Positions 1 to 9,735 of a stretch of 64,000 nt of DNA are shown here, in pieces. Each line of letters starts with the position of its first letter. The stretch's first letter is position 1. A model generated the notes under the pieces. It was not told where the DNA came from. It saw nothing but the letters and a program-made list of their open reading frames with translations, and searched no databases. Made by a program: the position numbers and the translations under genes. Source of the stretch: an uncultured Lentisphaeria bacterium (GTDB lineage: Bacteria > Verrucomicrobiota > Lentisphaeria > Victivallales > UBA1829); NCBI GenBank assembly GCA_949282305.1, contig CASDPB010000055.1, positions 27,324-91,323 on the forward strand. Reading direction: 5' to 3'.

Positions 1-54
1 CGGTTTGTCATTGACATAATAGATCGGTGTGGTTACATAATAATTTTCAGACAT
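1..54 (-). CDS. metG: methionyl-tRNA synthetase, first 18 codons only (gene runs off the left edge)
   Basis: Reverse complement of 1-54 reads MSENYYVTTPIYYVNDKP, the class I aaRS N-terminus that precedes the HIGH motif in MetRS. A gagaggag RBS lies at 61-68, 6 nt upstream. It is absent from the ORF track because it is truncated. Confidence 0.5.
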   Translation of the reverse strand, partial: MSENYYVTTPIYYVNDKP

Positions 55-192
55 GTTGGACTCCTCTCTTTTTTCATTGGGCCATAAGTGTTTAATATAC
101 TCCTCATTTTGTGCCGGAGCAAATGAAAATGCTTGAAGATTTTGAAACAAACGGTTATATTTCATGAAAAATAATCAGTAAACTAACGAAAG

Positions 193-1992
193 ATGGTGGA
201 AAATATGGAGCATACGGCAAAGACTCGCAATGAAATCGACCGGAATATGACATGGGATCTTTCCAGGCTTTATGCCGACGACGCCCAGTGGGAAAAGGAT
301 TTTACGGAAATCGACGACGAAGTGAAGGCGTTCCTGAAGTTCAAAGGCCGTCTTGCAGAAAGCCCGGAGACTCTGCTTGCGGCGTTTCAGGCGGATGACG
401 AGCTTGGACTCGTGCTGGAACGTCTCTACGTATACGCTCATCTGAAGGCGGACGAGGATACCGGGAACTCCGCAAATCGGGCGCGGCTTGACCGCATCAG
501 CGCCAAACATGCCTGGATCGGAGGCGAATGCGCCTGGTTCCAGCCGGAGCTGATCGCGATGGACGAAAAGGTGTTTGAGCGTTACTGCAACTCGCCAGTG
601 CTGGCGTTTTACAAACGCACTCTCGATGAAATCGGCAAGGAGCGCAGACATACTCTTTCCGCCGCCGAAGAACGGATTCTCAGTATGAGTTCGGATGTGC
701 TCGGCACGCCGTATAAGACTTTTTCCCTGCTGAATGATGCGGATCTCCGTTTCGGAGAGATTACCGGCGAGGATGGCAGAAGGGCGGAACTGACTCACGG
801 CAACTACATCAAGTTTCTGGAATCGCCGAATCGCGAAGTCCGCAAGGCGGCTTTTGAAGCAACCTATGACACCTATGCCGGACTGAAAAATACGTTTTCC
901 GCTCTGCTTGATGCGAATTTCAAGACCGCCGCCCTGAATGCGGAACTTCATAAGTTCCCGTCGGCTCTGGAGGCGTCGCTGTTTGAGGACAATGTGCCGC
1001 TTTCCGTTTACAACGGACTGATTGACACGGTTCATGAGAATCTGGAGTCGATTCATAAGTATTTCCGCCTGCGCGCCGGAAAGCTCGGTCTGGAAAAGCT
1101 GGACATGTACGACATTCATACGCCGCTCCTGCCGGAATGCAAGATGGAGGTCGAATGGAAGGATGCCGTTCAATATGTGAAGGATTCCCTGACGGTGCTC
1201 GGGGAAGAGTATCATTCCGCGATCGACAACGCCTTTGAACAGCGCTGGATTGACATTCCCGAATGCCGCGGCAAGCGTTCCGGCGCCTATTCCAGCGGAT
1301 GTTACGGGAAACCGCCCTATATCCTGCTGAATTATTCCGGCACGCTGGACAGCGTTTTCACGCTGGCGCATGAGCTCGGACACTCCATGCACTCCTATTT
1401 CTCCGACCGCAGTCAGGCGTTTCATTACGCTTCCTACAAGATCTTTGTCGCGGAGGTCGCATCGACCACGAATGAACTGCTGCTGCATCATCACCTGATG
1501 GAAAAGGCGCCGGACGACAGTATCCGCGCGTATCTGCTGAACCATCTTGCCGACGAGGTGAGGGGAACGGTGTTCCGGCAGACCATGTTCGCGGAATTCG
1601 AGCGGGACATGTCCGCTCTCGCCGAGGCGGGCACACCGCTGACCGCCGATCTCCTGTCCGAGAAATATTTTGCGCTGAACTCTCTGTATCACGGCGATGC
1701 CGTCTGCCCGGATGACCGGATCCGCTGGGAATGGGCGCGCATCCCTCATTTCTACTATGATTTCTATGTTTACAAGTATGCGACCGGATTTTCCGCCGCC
1801 GTTGCGTTGTCGAAAAAGATTCTCGCCGGAGAGATCGAACCTTACATGGGATTCCTGAAAGCCGGTGATTCCAAGGATGTTCTCGACATCATGAAGGATG
1901 CCGGGGTCGATTTCTGCACGGGGAAACCGGTTGAGGCGTGTATGCGCTTCTTCGACGGGACGGTTGACCGGCTTGCAGAGATCATAAAATGA
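193..1992 (+). CDS. pepF: oligoendopeptidase F (M3B metallopeptidase)
   Basis: 599 aa with the zinc motif HELGH (AHELGHSMHS) and typical PepF length and N-terminal helical region. Confidence 0.85.
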   Translation: MVENMEHTAKTRNEIDRNMTWDLSRLYADDAQWEKDFTEIDDEVKAFLKFKGRLAESPETLLAAFQADDELGLVLERLYVYAHLKADEDTGNSANRARLDRISAKHAWIGGECAWFQPELIAMDEKVFERYCNSPVLAFYKRTLDEIGKERRHTLSAAEERILSMSSDVLGTPYKTFSLLNDADLRFGEITGEDGRRAELTHGNYIKFLESPNREVRKAAFEATYDTYAGLKNTFSALLDANFKTAALNAELHKFPSALEASLFEDNVPLSVYNGLIDTVHENLESIHKYFRLRAGKLGLEKLDMYDIHTPLLPECKMEVEWKDAVQYVKDSLTVLGEEYHSAIDNAFEQRWIDIPECRGKRSGAYSSGCYGKPPYILLNYSGTLDSVFTLAHELGHSMHSYFSDRSQAFHYASYKIFVAEVASTTNELLLHHHLMEKAPDDSIRAYLLNHLADEVRGTVFRQTMFAEFERDMSALAEAGTPLTADLLSEKYFALNSLYHGDAVCPDDRIRWEWARIPHFYYDFYVYKYATGFSAAVALSKKILAGEIEPYMGFLKAGDSKDVLDIMKDAGVDFCTGKPVEACMRFFDGTVDRLAEIIK

Positions 1993-2037
1993 AATCTGCG
2001 TTTTGTCCCCTAATAAAACTGCGGCGGAATCGTCTGA

Positions 2038-2571
2038 ATGAATAGAGGCACTTACAGCGAAGAAGAGATTGAAGCGTTGATCGCCGGAACGGAACGCGGG
2101 CTGATCCGTTTTGCCATGCGTTACCTGAAAGACCATGCAGGCGCATGCGATGCGGTGCAGGATGCCTATATCAGGTATGTGAGATTTCTGCAGGGACCGC
2201 CGCCGGGAGTCGTGGCAAATCCCGGCGCATGGCTCTTCCGGACGACGCGGAATATTTGCCTGGACATTCTCAAATCGGCGCGGATGCGGCTGAACGTGAG
2301 TCTGGAAGCCGCGCCGGACTCCGCCGGGCATTCAGCGGTTCCCGGCGCGGATGCGGCATCCGTCCGGAAGGATGATGTCGCGCTGGCACGTTCCCTGTTT
2401 GAATTGCTGAATGAGCGGGAACGGGAAATTGTCATCCTGAAGATGGAACATGAAAAGTCATATAAGGAAATTGCGGAGATTATGGATCTGACTGTTTCAA
2501 ATGTCGGCTTCATTCTTCACGGAGCTTTGAAAAAACTGCGGAACGCTTACAGGGAGAAGGGACTTCTATGA
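2038..2571 (+). CDS. ECF-type RNA polymerase sigma-70 family factor
   Basis: 177 aa. Region 2-like WLFRTTRNICLDILKS and region 4 HTH EREIVILKMEHEKSYKEIAEIMDLTVSNVGFILHGALKKLR. Confidence 0.8.
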   Translation: MNRGTYSEEEIEALIAGTERGLIRFAMRYLKDHAGACDAVQDAYIRYVRFLQGPPPGVVANPGAWLFRTTRNICLDILKSARMRLNVSLEAAPDSAGHSAVPGADAASVRKDDVALARSLFELLNEREREIVILKMEHEKSYKEIAEIMDLTVSNVGFILHGALKKLRNAYREKGLL

Positions 2572-3371
2572 AGGAGTGCGGGAAAATCAGAGAGCAGATG
2601 GCGGCATATCTTGCCGGAGAGCTTTCACCGGAGGGGACGGCGGCTCTGCGCGTTCATCTGGAGTCATGCCCGGCGTGCCGTGAAGAACTGGAGGAACTGT
2701 CCGCCGCATGGAATCTGACAAAGTCGATGCTGGATTCGACTGCGCACGACGGGACTTTGCCGGATGAGAGCAGGGCGGAGATCCGCCGTGCGATGAATCC
2801 CCGCAGAAGGTTCCGTGTCGCACCGGCACTCTGGAAGATCGCCGCGATGTTTCTTGTTTGCGGAGCGATCCTGGCTGTTGTAGTGCATTCCGGAAGGAAA
2901 AGCGAAGTTCCGCGCATGAAAATGAACGTGTTCATGAGTGCCGAAGAGGTGAAGGAAAATGTCGCGGCGGCAAAAACGGCGGCTTTGAACAGACCGGGAG
3001 CACCCGCTCCTGTTTTGAAGACAAAGCGGGAGGCGGTGAAAGTCAGAGCCGGTTCCGCCGAGCCGATGAAGCCGCAAAGCTGCGACTTCGCATTGCGGCA
3101 GGAGGCGTTCCTCGCGGTGAGTGCGGAAGCCGTTGAATTGAAGGAAAGCCGAACCGCGCCGGAAATCCTGACGCTGTATTTCAGAGATTTTCCGGAAATT
3201 TCCCGAAAAGACAATGTCGGCGTATCGGTTTTCTTCGGAACAATGGGAATTGAGTTGAAAACGGAAGAAATCACCGTAACGGGGGATTCTTTTGAAATCC
3301 GTTCGTCTCCTGAAAAACGCCGGAAGATGGAAGCGCTTCTGGAAAAAAGACGGAGCGGAATGCGTCTGTGA
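2568..3371 (+). CDS. putative anti-sigma factor (zf-HC2 type, single-pass membrane protein)
   Basis: ATGA start/stop overlap with the sigma gene. N-terminal H-x3-C-x2-C motif (HLESCPACREE) and a hydrophobic helix WKIAAMFLVCGAILAVVV. Confidence 0.65.
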   Translation: MKECGKIREQMAAYLAGELSPEGTAALRVHLESCPACREELEELSAAWNLTKSMLDSTAHDGTLPDESRAEIRRAMNPRRRFRVAPALWKIAAMFLVCGAILAVVVHSGRKSEVPRMKMNVFMSAEEVKENVAAAKTAALNRPGAPAPVLKTKREAVKVRAGSAEPMKPQSCDFALRQEAFLAVSAEAVELKESRTAPEILTLYFRDFPEISRKDNVGVSVFFGTMGIELKTEEITVTGDSFEIRSSPEKRRKMEALLEKRRSGMRL

Positions 3372-3435
3372 CGGACTGCCCGCCGGGTGCCGTCGGAAGT
3401 TTTGAATTTCCGTTTTTCACCTCTGTGCAGTAAAC

Positions 3436-3471
3436 GAAAAAACTCCGCGCCTTTTCAGGTGCGGAGTTTTG
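3436..3471. terminator. bidirectional intrinsic terminator between the anti-sigma gene and rpsT
   Basis: Stem actccgc (3442-3448) pairs with gcggagt (3461-3467). An A-run lies upstream and a T-run downstream, so it can work in both directions. Confidence 0.55.
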
Positions 3472-3492
3472 CAAAGATCACTTTTCCCCTGT

Positions 3493-3798
3493 TCAGGAAG
3501 CGGGAGCCTCGACCTTTTTTGCGGCGCTGTTGACAAGAGAAGCAAGACGGGATTTCTTTCTGTTCGCCTTGTTCTTGTGGAAAGTGCCGGATTTCACAGC
3601 TTTGTCGAGAGCCGCATACTGGGTTTTGAGGAGTTCCGCTGCGGCATTCTTGTCTCCGGCTTCGACGGCTGTGCGGAGCTTCTTTTCCATTGTGCTGATC
3701 GCGTTTCTGCGAGATTTATGTCTGACGCGAGCCTTTTCACTCTGCTTGTGGGTTTTGACTGCAGACTTTCTCACAAGTACTTTCTTCTTTTCTGCCAT
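3493..3798 (-). CDS. rpsT: 30S ribosomal protein S20
   Basis: 101 aa, very basic. The stretch KSAVKTHKQSEKARVRHKSRRNAISTMEKK...YAALDKAVKSGTFHKNKANRKKSRL is a typical S20 sequence. Confidence 0.9.
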   Translation of the reverse strand: MAEKKKVLVRKSAVKTHKQSEKARVRHKSRRNAISTMEKKLRTAVEAGDKNAAAELLKTQYAALDKAVKSGTFHKNKANRKKSRLASLVNSAAKKVEAPAS

Positions 3799-3825
3799 TT
3801 AAAGATCCTTTCAATTATGATAAGA

Positions 3826-3854
3826 TTGCATTTTGCCATTTCAAAATATATAAT
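3826..3854 (+). promoter_or_regulatory. sigma-70-like promoter upstream of the nusA operon
   Basis: TTGCAT (3826-3831), a 17-nt spacer, then TATAAT (3849-3854), inside an AT-rich intergenic tract. Confidence 0.35.
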
Positions 3855-4040
3855 ATAACTTGCAGTGGCACTGCTTTTCAAGTCATAAAGATCAAATTTT
3901 GCGGAAAAAAAGTTCCGTATTTCCATGATAAAGCATAAAATCCCTCTAAAAGTGCTTGAAGAAAATGCGGAAAGGATGTAGATTATCATCAGTAATTTTA
4001 TTGGTTGCCTGTCTCCGTCTGCTGAATACGGAGAGGATCA

Positions 4041-4074
4041 GGCGGGTTTCGCCAAAAGACCCGCCTTATTTTTT
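4041..4074 (+). terminator. terminator-like hairpin with U-tract in the nusA leader
   Basis: Stem ggcgggt (4041-4047) pairs with acccgcc (4059-4065), followed by ttatttttt. A second hairpin tctccgt/acggaga lies just upstream. The element sits 45 nt before the nusA ATG. Confidence 0.4.
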
Positions 4075-4118
4075 GGCAGCGTTTGGATGAAAAAATTAAC
4101 AGCCTGGAGGCGGTAATT

Positions 4119-5396
4119 ATGAATAATGAACTTCTGGCAACTCTTGAGTATATCGAACAGGAACGCGGAATCAGTAAAGAGCAGCTTGTTGACGCCGTCG
4201 AGAAGGCTATTCTGACAGCGTCGCGCAAAAGCATTCACCCTGCTTCCAATCTGGCTGTAAAGCTGGACCGCCAGACCGGAGAGATCAGGGCCTGGGCGAA
4301 GCTCGAAGTCGTTGACACGTTCCCGAACAATGACCAGATCACGATTGAGAAGGCGCGGGAGAAATATCCCGATGTCCAGCTCGGCGACGTGGTGGAGTGG
4401 GAAGTGACACCGAAAAACTTCGGACGCATTGCCGCTCAGACCGCGCGCCAGGCGATCCTTCAGCAGTTGCGCAAGGCGGAAAAAGCCATTGTGAAGGAGG
4501 AGTATGACGAGAAGGTCGGAGAGATTGTCCACGGCACCGTGAAACGCATCGAAGCCGGCGCGATCATCGTTGATCTTCAGAAATCCGAAGGCATTATTGC
4601 CGCGAAGGACAAAGTCCCCGGGGAACAGTACATGGTCGGCGAGCGCATCAATGCGCTGCTGGTCAAAGTGGATACGCTGGTTTCCGGTCCGAGCTTGATT
4701 CTGTCCCGCTCGAATCCGGTGTTTGTCAAAAAGCTCTTTGAACGCGAGGTTTCCGAGATTCATGACGGCGTCGTTGAGATTGCCGGAATTGCCCGTGAAG
4801 CCGGAATGCGTACGAAAATCGCGGTGAGGAGCAATGACCCGCGCATCGACCCCGTCGGCGCATGCGTCGGAATGCGCGGCATGAGAGTCCGCAATATTAC
4901 AAGCGAACTCGGGAATGAGCGTGTTGACATCATCCGCTATGAGGATGACATCAAGGTCTATGCCGCGAATGCCCTGCATCCGGCGAAACTTGAATCCATC
5001 AGCGTGGATGAGAACCGCAGGATGCTGACGATCCGCGTCAATTCCGAGAATTCCCGTCTGGCATTCGGCAAAAAGGCGCAGAACGTGCGTCTCGCGCAGA
5101 AGCTGATCGGATGGAATATCAATTTCGTGACGGATGACGCCGCCAGGGAGGATTCTTTCGAGGAAAAGAAGACGCAGTGCATTTCGCAGTTGTCTTCCGA
5201 ACTCTCCATTTCTCCTGCGCAGGCGGAAATCCTGGTGAATAACGGTTATCTGACGGTGGATGGATTGAAGAGCGCGGGAATTTCCGATATTGCCGCGATC
5301 AAGGGGCTGGATGAAGAGACTGTGAATGCGATTTCGGAATGCCTGGAGAAGAACAGTCAGGCATCGGACGGAGCTTCCGCCGGGGAGCAGCAGTAA
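4119..5396 (+). CDS. nusA: transcription termination/antitermination factor NusA
   Basis: N-terminus MNNELLATLEYIEQERGISKEQLVDAVEKAIL, followed by S1 and KH regions. GGAGG lies 8 nt upstream of the ATG at 4119. The ORF track start at 4083 is a TTG and less likely. Confidence 0.9.
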   Translation: MNNELLATLEYIEQERGISKEQLVDAVEKAILTASRKSIHPASNLAVKLDRQTGEIRAWAKLEVVDTFPNNDQITIEKAREKYPDVQLGDVVEWEVTPKNFGRIAAQTARQAILQQLRKAEKAIVKEEYDEKVGEIVHGTVKRIEAGAIIVDLQKSEGIIAAKDKVPGEQYMVGERINALLVKVDTLVSGPSLILSRSNPVFVKKLFEREVSEIHDGVVEIAGIAREAGMRTKIAVRSNDPRIDPVGACVGMRGMRVRNITSELGNERVDIIRYEDDIKVYAANALHPAKLESISVDENRRMLTIRVNSENSRLAFGKKAQNVRLAQKLIGWNINFVTDDAAREDSFEEKKTQCISQLSSELSISPAQAEILVNNGYLTVDGLKSAGISDIAAIKGLDEETVNAISECLEKNSQASDGASAGEQQ

Positions 5397-5467
5397 TCGT
5401 CAGCCGGACAGATTGCCGCACATTTCGATTCAGATCCGGCAGAAAGTGAATTGTCAAAGGGATTTTC

Positions 5468-7510
5468 ATGGGAACAAAAAGTGTAAAAGTCAAGACTCTT
5501 GCGGATCAGTATGGCGTTTCCGCAAAAGAGATTATTAAGGAATTGGAGTCACAGGGATTCGGAGAGGACGTGAAAAGCGCCAATTCCGTGATCCCGCCGG
5601 ATGCTGTTGAGCTTGTGAAATCTTATTTTGACGAACTGATGGCAAAGAAAGGCAGGAACTCAAAGGGCGGCGCGGGGAAAAAGGCGCCGGCAGGCGGAAC
5701 TGCGGTTCCCGGAGGCAAGCAGGAGGTCCATATCAAGGGACCGATCATTGTCAAGAGTCTTGCCGAGGCACTGGGCAGACGGCCGAATGAAGTCATCACC
5801 AATCTCATGATGATGAATGTCCTTGCAAGCATCAATCAGATTCTTGATCCCGCCGTGGCTGTCGAACTGGCGGCGAAGATGGGATTCACGCTTGTGATTG
5901 ACAAGCGGGAGAAGGACGAGCATATTCAGAAGGAGGCGGACAGTCAGGGAGGCAGTGCGCCGGAGGAAATTGAATTTGAGGACAACCCGGAAGATATTAT
6001 TACCCGGCAGCCGATCGTGACGTTCATGGGGCATGTCGACCATGGCAAGACCTCCCTGCAGGATGCGATTCGCAAGACGCGCGTCGCGGCGGGGGAGGCC
6101 GGCGGAATCACGCAGCATATCGGTGCGTCAATCGCCCATTGCGGGGACAAATCGGTGACGTTTGTCGACACCCCCGGGCATGAAGCGTTTACCGCAATGC
6201 GTGCCCGCGGCGCGAATGTGACGGATATTGTCGTGCTTGTCGTCGCAGCGGACGACGGTTTCATGCCGCAGACGATTGAGGCGATGAACCATGCCAAGGC
6301 GGCAAAGGTGCCGATTATTGTGGCGATGAACAAAATTGATCTGCCGAACGCCAATCCGGACAAGGTGCTTCTGAATATGCAGCAGCACGGACTGATGCCC
6401 GAAGACTGGGGCGGAACGGTCGGCGTGGTCAGGGTTTCCGCAAAGACCGGGCAGGGAATTGACGATCTTCTGGAACGCATCCTGCTGGAAGCGGAGATGC
6501 TGGAGCTCAAGGGAAATCCGAAACGCCCCGCCGAGGCGTTCGTTCTGGAGTCCCAGCTTGAACAGGGGTATGGACCGACCGCCAGCATTGTGGTGAAGAA
6601 CGGCACGCTTCATGTGGGCGATCCCGTCATCTGCGGTGAATATTACGGCAAGGTCAAAGGACTGATCGACCATCGCGGACAGCGTGTCAAATCCGCTGGT
6701 CCCAGCACTCCGGTAAAGATTGTCGGTCTGAGCGGGGTGCCGGATGCGGGAACGAAACTTGTGGTCTGCAAGAGCGAGAAGGAAGCCAAGGAGATTGGAG
6801 AAGCGAGAAGTGCCAGCAAGCGTGTGGAGGCTCTTTCCGGAAAAGGAGGCGGCATGACGCTTGACGATCTGTTCTCCCAGATGGAAAACGGCAAGCGCAA
6901 TACGCTGAAGGTTGTCGTGAAAACCGATGTCTGCGGTTCATCCGAGGCGATTGTGGAGTCTCTCAAGAAATTGCCGTCTGAGAAAATCAGCGTGGAAGTG
7001 CTTCATACCGGTGTCGGTGCCATTACGGAAAACGATGTTCTGCTGGCGGCTTCCTCGGACGCGATTGTCATCGGTTTTCACGTGCGGGTCAATCCGGGCG
7101 TGAATGACCTTGCGAAGAAGGAGAATGTCGAAATCCGTCTTTACAGTATCATTTATGAGCTGCTGGAAGATATCAAAGATGCAATGGCGGGACGGCTTGA
7201 GCCGGACAAGCGCGAGAAGGAGCTCGGAGTGGCTCATATCCTGAAAATTTTCGAGCTTTCCAAAGGTCCGAAGATTTGCGGCTGCATGGTGGACAAGGGG
7301 GTTGTCAAGGTCGGAAGCAAATCAAGGGTATTCCGGAAAGGCGAGTTGATCTTTAACGGAGAAGTGCGTTCTCTCCGCCGTTTCCAGGACGATGTCAAAG
7401 AGGTGCGTCAAGGCATGGAATGCGGCATCAAACTGGACAACTTCCTTGATTTTGACGTAGGGGATGTGATCCAGTTCTATGAAATTGAGCTGAAAAAAGC
7501 GACACTTTGA
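5468..7510 (+). CDS. infB: translation initiation factor IF-2
   Basis: 680 aa with G-domain motifs [14 protein letters not shown] and NKID, and the conserved C-terminal domains. Confidence 0.95.
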   Translation: MGTKSVKVKTLADQYGVSAKEIIKELESQGFGEDVKSANSVIPPDAVELVKSYFDELMAKKGRNSKGGAGKKAPAGGTAVPGGKQEVHIKGPIIVKSLAEALGRRPNEVITNLMMMNVLASINQILDPAVAVELAAKMGFTLVIDKREKDEHIQKEADSQGGSAPEEIEFEDNPEDIITRQPIVTFMGHVDHGKTSLQDAIRKTRVAAGEAGGITQHIGASIAHCGDKSVTFVDTPGHEAFTAMRARGANVTDIVVLVVAADDGFMPQTIEAMNHAKAAKVPIIVAMNKIDLPNANPDKVLLNMQQHGLMPEDWGGTVGVVRVSAKTGQGIDDLLERILLEAEMLELKGNPKRPAEAFVLESQLEQGYGPTASIVVKNGTLHVGDPVICGEYYGKVKGLIDHRGQRVKSAGPSTPVKIVGLSGVPDAGTKLVVCKSEKEAKEIGEARSASKRVEALSGKGGGMTLDDLFSQMENGKRNTLKVVVKTDVCGSSEAIVESLKKLPSEKISVEVLHTGVGAITENDVLLAASSDAIVIGFHVRVNPGVNDLAKKENVEIRLYSIIYELLEDIKDAMAGRLEPDKREKELGVAHILKIFELSKGPKICGCMVDKGVVKVGSKSRVFRKGELIFNGEVRSLRRFQDDVKEVRQGMECGIKLDNFLDFDVGDVIQFYEIELKKATL

Positions 7511-7619
7511 TCTGTTGTCATCGAACATTTGCCTGCCGGCGCGATTCTATGGAAATGCCGGCGGGCGACGAGAAACCTGTTCCGGAAATGCCGGAAAATC
7601 CTAAAACGGAGGTGTGCAA

Positions 7620-7973
7620 ATGGCTCAGTCACACGATAGAATAGCCCGTGTCAACGAAATCCTGAAACGGGAAATTGCGGATGTCATTGAAAAATGCGGA
7701 GTGGGAGGCGGGGATACCCTTGTCTCCGTGACCAAAGTCCATGCGTCGGAATCGCTCCGCAATGCGACGGTATATGTCAGTGTTTTCGGCTCGAAGCGGC
7801 CGGAGGAGATTCTGCGGGCATTGAACAAGCTCCGCCCGGATATTCAGCACAACATTTCCAGGCATGTGATCCTGAAATATACGCCGGTGCTTCATTTCGT
7901 TCATGATATGAACCTCGAGGAAGGCGACAAAGTGCTTTCCCTGATTCGGGAACTGGAAGAAAATGAGCAATGA
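7620..7973 (+). CDS. rbfA: ribosome-binding factor A
   Basis: About 117 aa with RIARVNEILKREIADVI and a KH-like fold signature. The position after infB is typical. GGAGG lies 8 nt before the ATG at 7620. Confidence 0.85.
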   Translation: MAQSHDRIARVNEILKREIADVIEKCGVGGGDTLVSVTKVHASESLRNATVYVSVFGSKRPEEILRALNKLRPDIQHNISRHVILKYTPVLHFVHDMNLEEGDKVLSLIRELEENEQ

Positions 7974-8961
7974 CATTACTCTTGCCGAGGTAAAGAACCG
8001 TCTTGAGCAGCTTCGCGGCAAAGGACGGATTCTGCTGATGACCCATGAGCGTCCCGACGGCGACGCGGTCGGTTCGCTCTGCGGCATGTATTTCATTCTG
8101 CGCGAGAACGGATTTTTCGTGGATGCGCTGATTCCGGAATCGGTTCCTGACATGTATCAGGATTTTGTGCCGAGCGGTTTGATTACCTCCATTACGACGC
8201 TTGGAGTCGGGTGCTATTCCCTTCTGATTACGCTGGACGCCTCGACCAGAATGCGTGTGTCCGCCCCCTGCATCCGGGAGGACGGCATTGCGATTCCATG
8301 CCTGAATATTGATCACCATCCGGACAATGAGCGTTACGGCGATGCCAGCTATGTGGTTTCGACGGCATGTTCAACTGCCGAGATTGTGCTTTCGATTGCG
8401 AAGGCTGCGAACCTGATGATCAGTCCTGTTTCCGCGACTCTGCTGCTTCTGGGAATCACTACGGATTCCGGTTGTTTCAGGTTCGACAACACAACGCCGG
8501 AAGCTCTGCGTGCCGCGGCGCGTCTGCTGGAACTTGGCGCGGACCGTCGGCACATCATCAGGAACTGTTTCCTTTCCAAACCGGAAAACATGGCGCGTTT
8601 TGAAGCGGAACTGCTTTGCAGCCGCATGAAAAAAGAGTTCGGGGGTAAATTCGCCTGGTTTTATCTGGACCCTGAACTGCTGAAGAAATATGAGGTGGAT
8701 TTGCGCAATACGGAGCAGGTTATCGAGTCCTTGCGTGCGATTGACGGTGTTGTCGTCGCCGCTGTGATCCGGAAGGAAAAGGAAGGCTTCAAGGTCTCGC
8801 TCCGTTCCAAAGCGAAACAAATATCCGTCGGCAGGATTGCGAGACGGTTGAACGGAGGCGGCCATGAGATGGCGGCGGGCTGTTCGATCTCCGCGCCGAC
8901 GATTGAAGAAGCGGAAAAGATACTTGCAAACAACGTGGAGATGGAGCTCAATGAGAAATAA
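7963..8961 (+). CDS. nrnA: DHH/DHHA1 phosphoesterase (NrnA-like oligoribonuclease/pAp phosphatase)
   Basis: Motifs HERPDGDAVGS, NIDHHPDN and GGGHEMAAG, with the conserved rbfA-truB neighbourhood. Confidence 0.75.
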   Translation: MSNDITLAEVKNRLEQLRGKGRILLMTHERPDGDAVGSLCGMYFILRENGFFVDALIPESVPDMYQDFVPSGLITSITTLGVGCYSLLITLDASTRMRVSAPCIREDGIAIPCLNIDHHPDNERYGDASYVVSTACSTAEIVLSIAKAANLMISPVSATLLLLGITTDSGCFRFDNTTPEALRAAARLLELGADRRHIIRNCFLSKPENMARFEAELLCSRMKKEFGGKFAWFYLDPELLKKYEVDLRNTEQVIESLRAIDGVVVAAVIRKEKEGFKVSLRSKAKQISVGRIARRLNGGGHEMAAGCSISAPTIEEAEKILANNVEMELNEK

Positions 8962-9712
8962 TCCCGCCAGGCACCGCCTGCCGATTTTCGACCGCAGCGG
9001 CGTGCTGCTTGTCAACAAACCGATGGAATGGACGAGTCACGATGTCGTGGCGTTTGTCCGTTCCCGTTTCAATGTCCCGAAGGTGGGACACTGCGGAACA
9101 CTGGACCCTGCCGCAACCGGGCTTCTTGTTGTTGTCCTCGGAAAGTTTACAAAACTGAGTCAGAAGTTCAGCGGCGAGGACAAAGTCTACGAAGGGACGA
9201 TTCTGCTCGGCAGAGAGACCGATTCGCAGGATATGGACGGCAATGTGATCCGTGAAAGCGATCTTTCCGGCGTGACGGAACAGATGCTGCGCGATACTTT
9301 CGCGGGATTTGTCGGTGACATCGAACAGATTCCGCCGATGGTGTCCGCGGTGAAAAAAGGCGGAGAGCGTCTTTACGAGCTTGCGCGCAAGGGGCAGGAG
9401 ATCGAGCGTGAAGCGAAACCGATCACGATTCATTCCATCACGATGAACCGGATTGAACTGCCCTATGCCGATTTTACTGTCTCCTGTTCCAAAGGGACTT
9501 ACATCCGCACTCTTTGCGCGGATGTCGGCGCAAAGCTCGGATGCGGCGCGTGTCTCTATCGGCTGAACCGGATTAAAAGCGGCGAGTTCGACCTGGAAAA
9601 CGCCGTGACGATTGAGGAGATGAAGACCTGGACGCAGGACGATCTGAACGATTATATTTCCGATTTTCTGCACCGGAAGCTGGCGCAGATGAATCGTTTT
9701 ACCAATTTTTGA
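8951..9712 (+). CDS. truB: tRNA pseudouridine(55) synthase TruB
   Basis: GVLLVNKPMEWTSHDVV and the catalytic motif GHCGTLDPAATGLL. The ATG at 8951 overlaps the nrnA stop. The ORF track start at 8864 would add a basic tail that does not look like TruB. Confidence 0.9.
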   Translation: MRNNPARHRLPIFDRSGVLLVNKPMEWTSHDVVAFVRSRFNVPKVGHCGTLDPAATGLLVVVLGKFTKLSQKFSGEDKVYEGTILLGRETDSQDMDGNVIRESDLSGVTEQMLRDTFAGFVGDIEQIPPMVSAVKKGGERLYELARKGQEIEREAKPITIHSITMNRIELPYADFTVSCSKGTYIRTLCADVGAKLGCGACLYRLNRIKSGEFDLENAVTIEEMKTWTQDDLNDYISDFLHRKLAQMNRFTNF

Positions 9713-9735
9713 CGGAAGAAAGGACGGGGGTGTGT

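Noticed and set aside
175-2331. 718-aa ORF on the minus strand covering pepF and the sigma factor gene
   Set aside because: It is an antisense shadow ORF. The plus strand carries unmistakable M3B (HELGH) and ECF sigma motifs. The minus-strand translation is Arg/Gly/His-rich with no motif and no RBS.
3771-3989. 72-aa minus-strand ORF in the AT-rich rpsT/nusA intergenic region
   Set aside because: It has no RBS and a Phe/Ile/Lys-rich composition typical of AT-rich non-coding DNA. It also overlaps the rpsT start and the promoter candidate.
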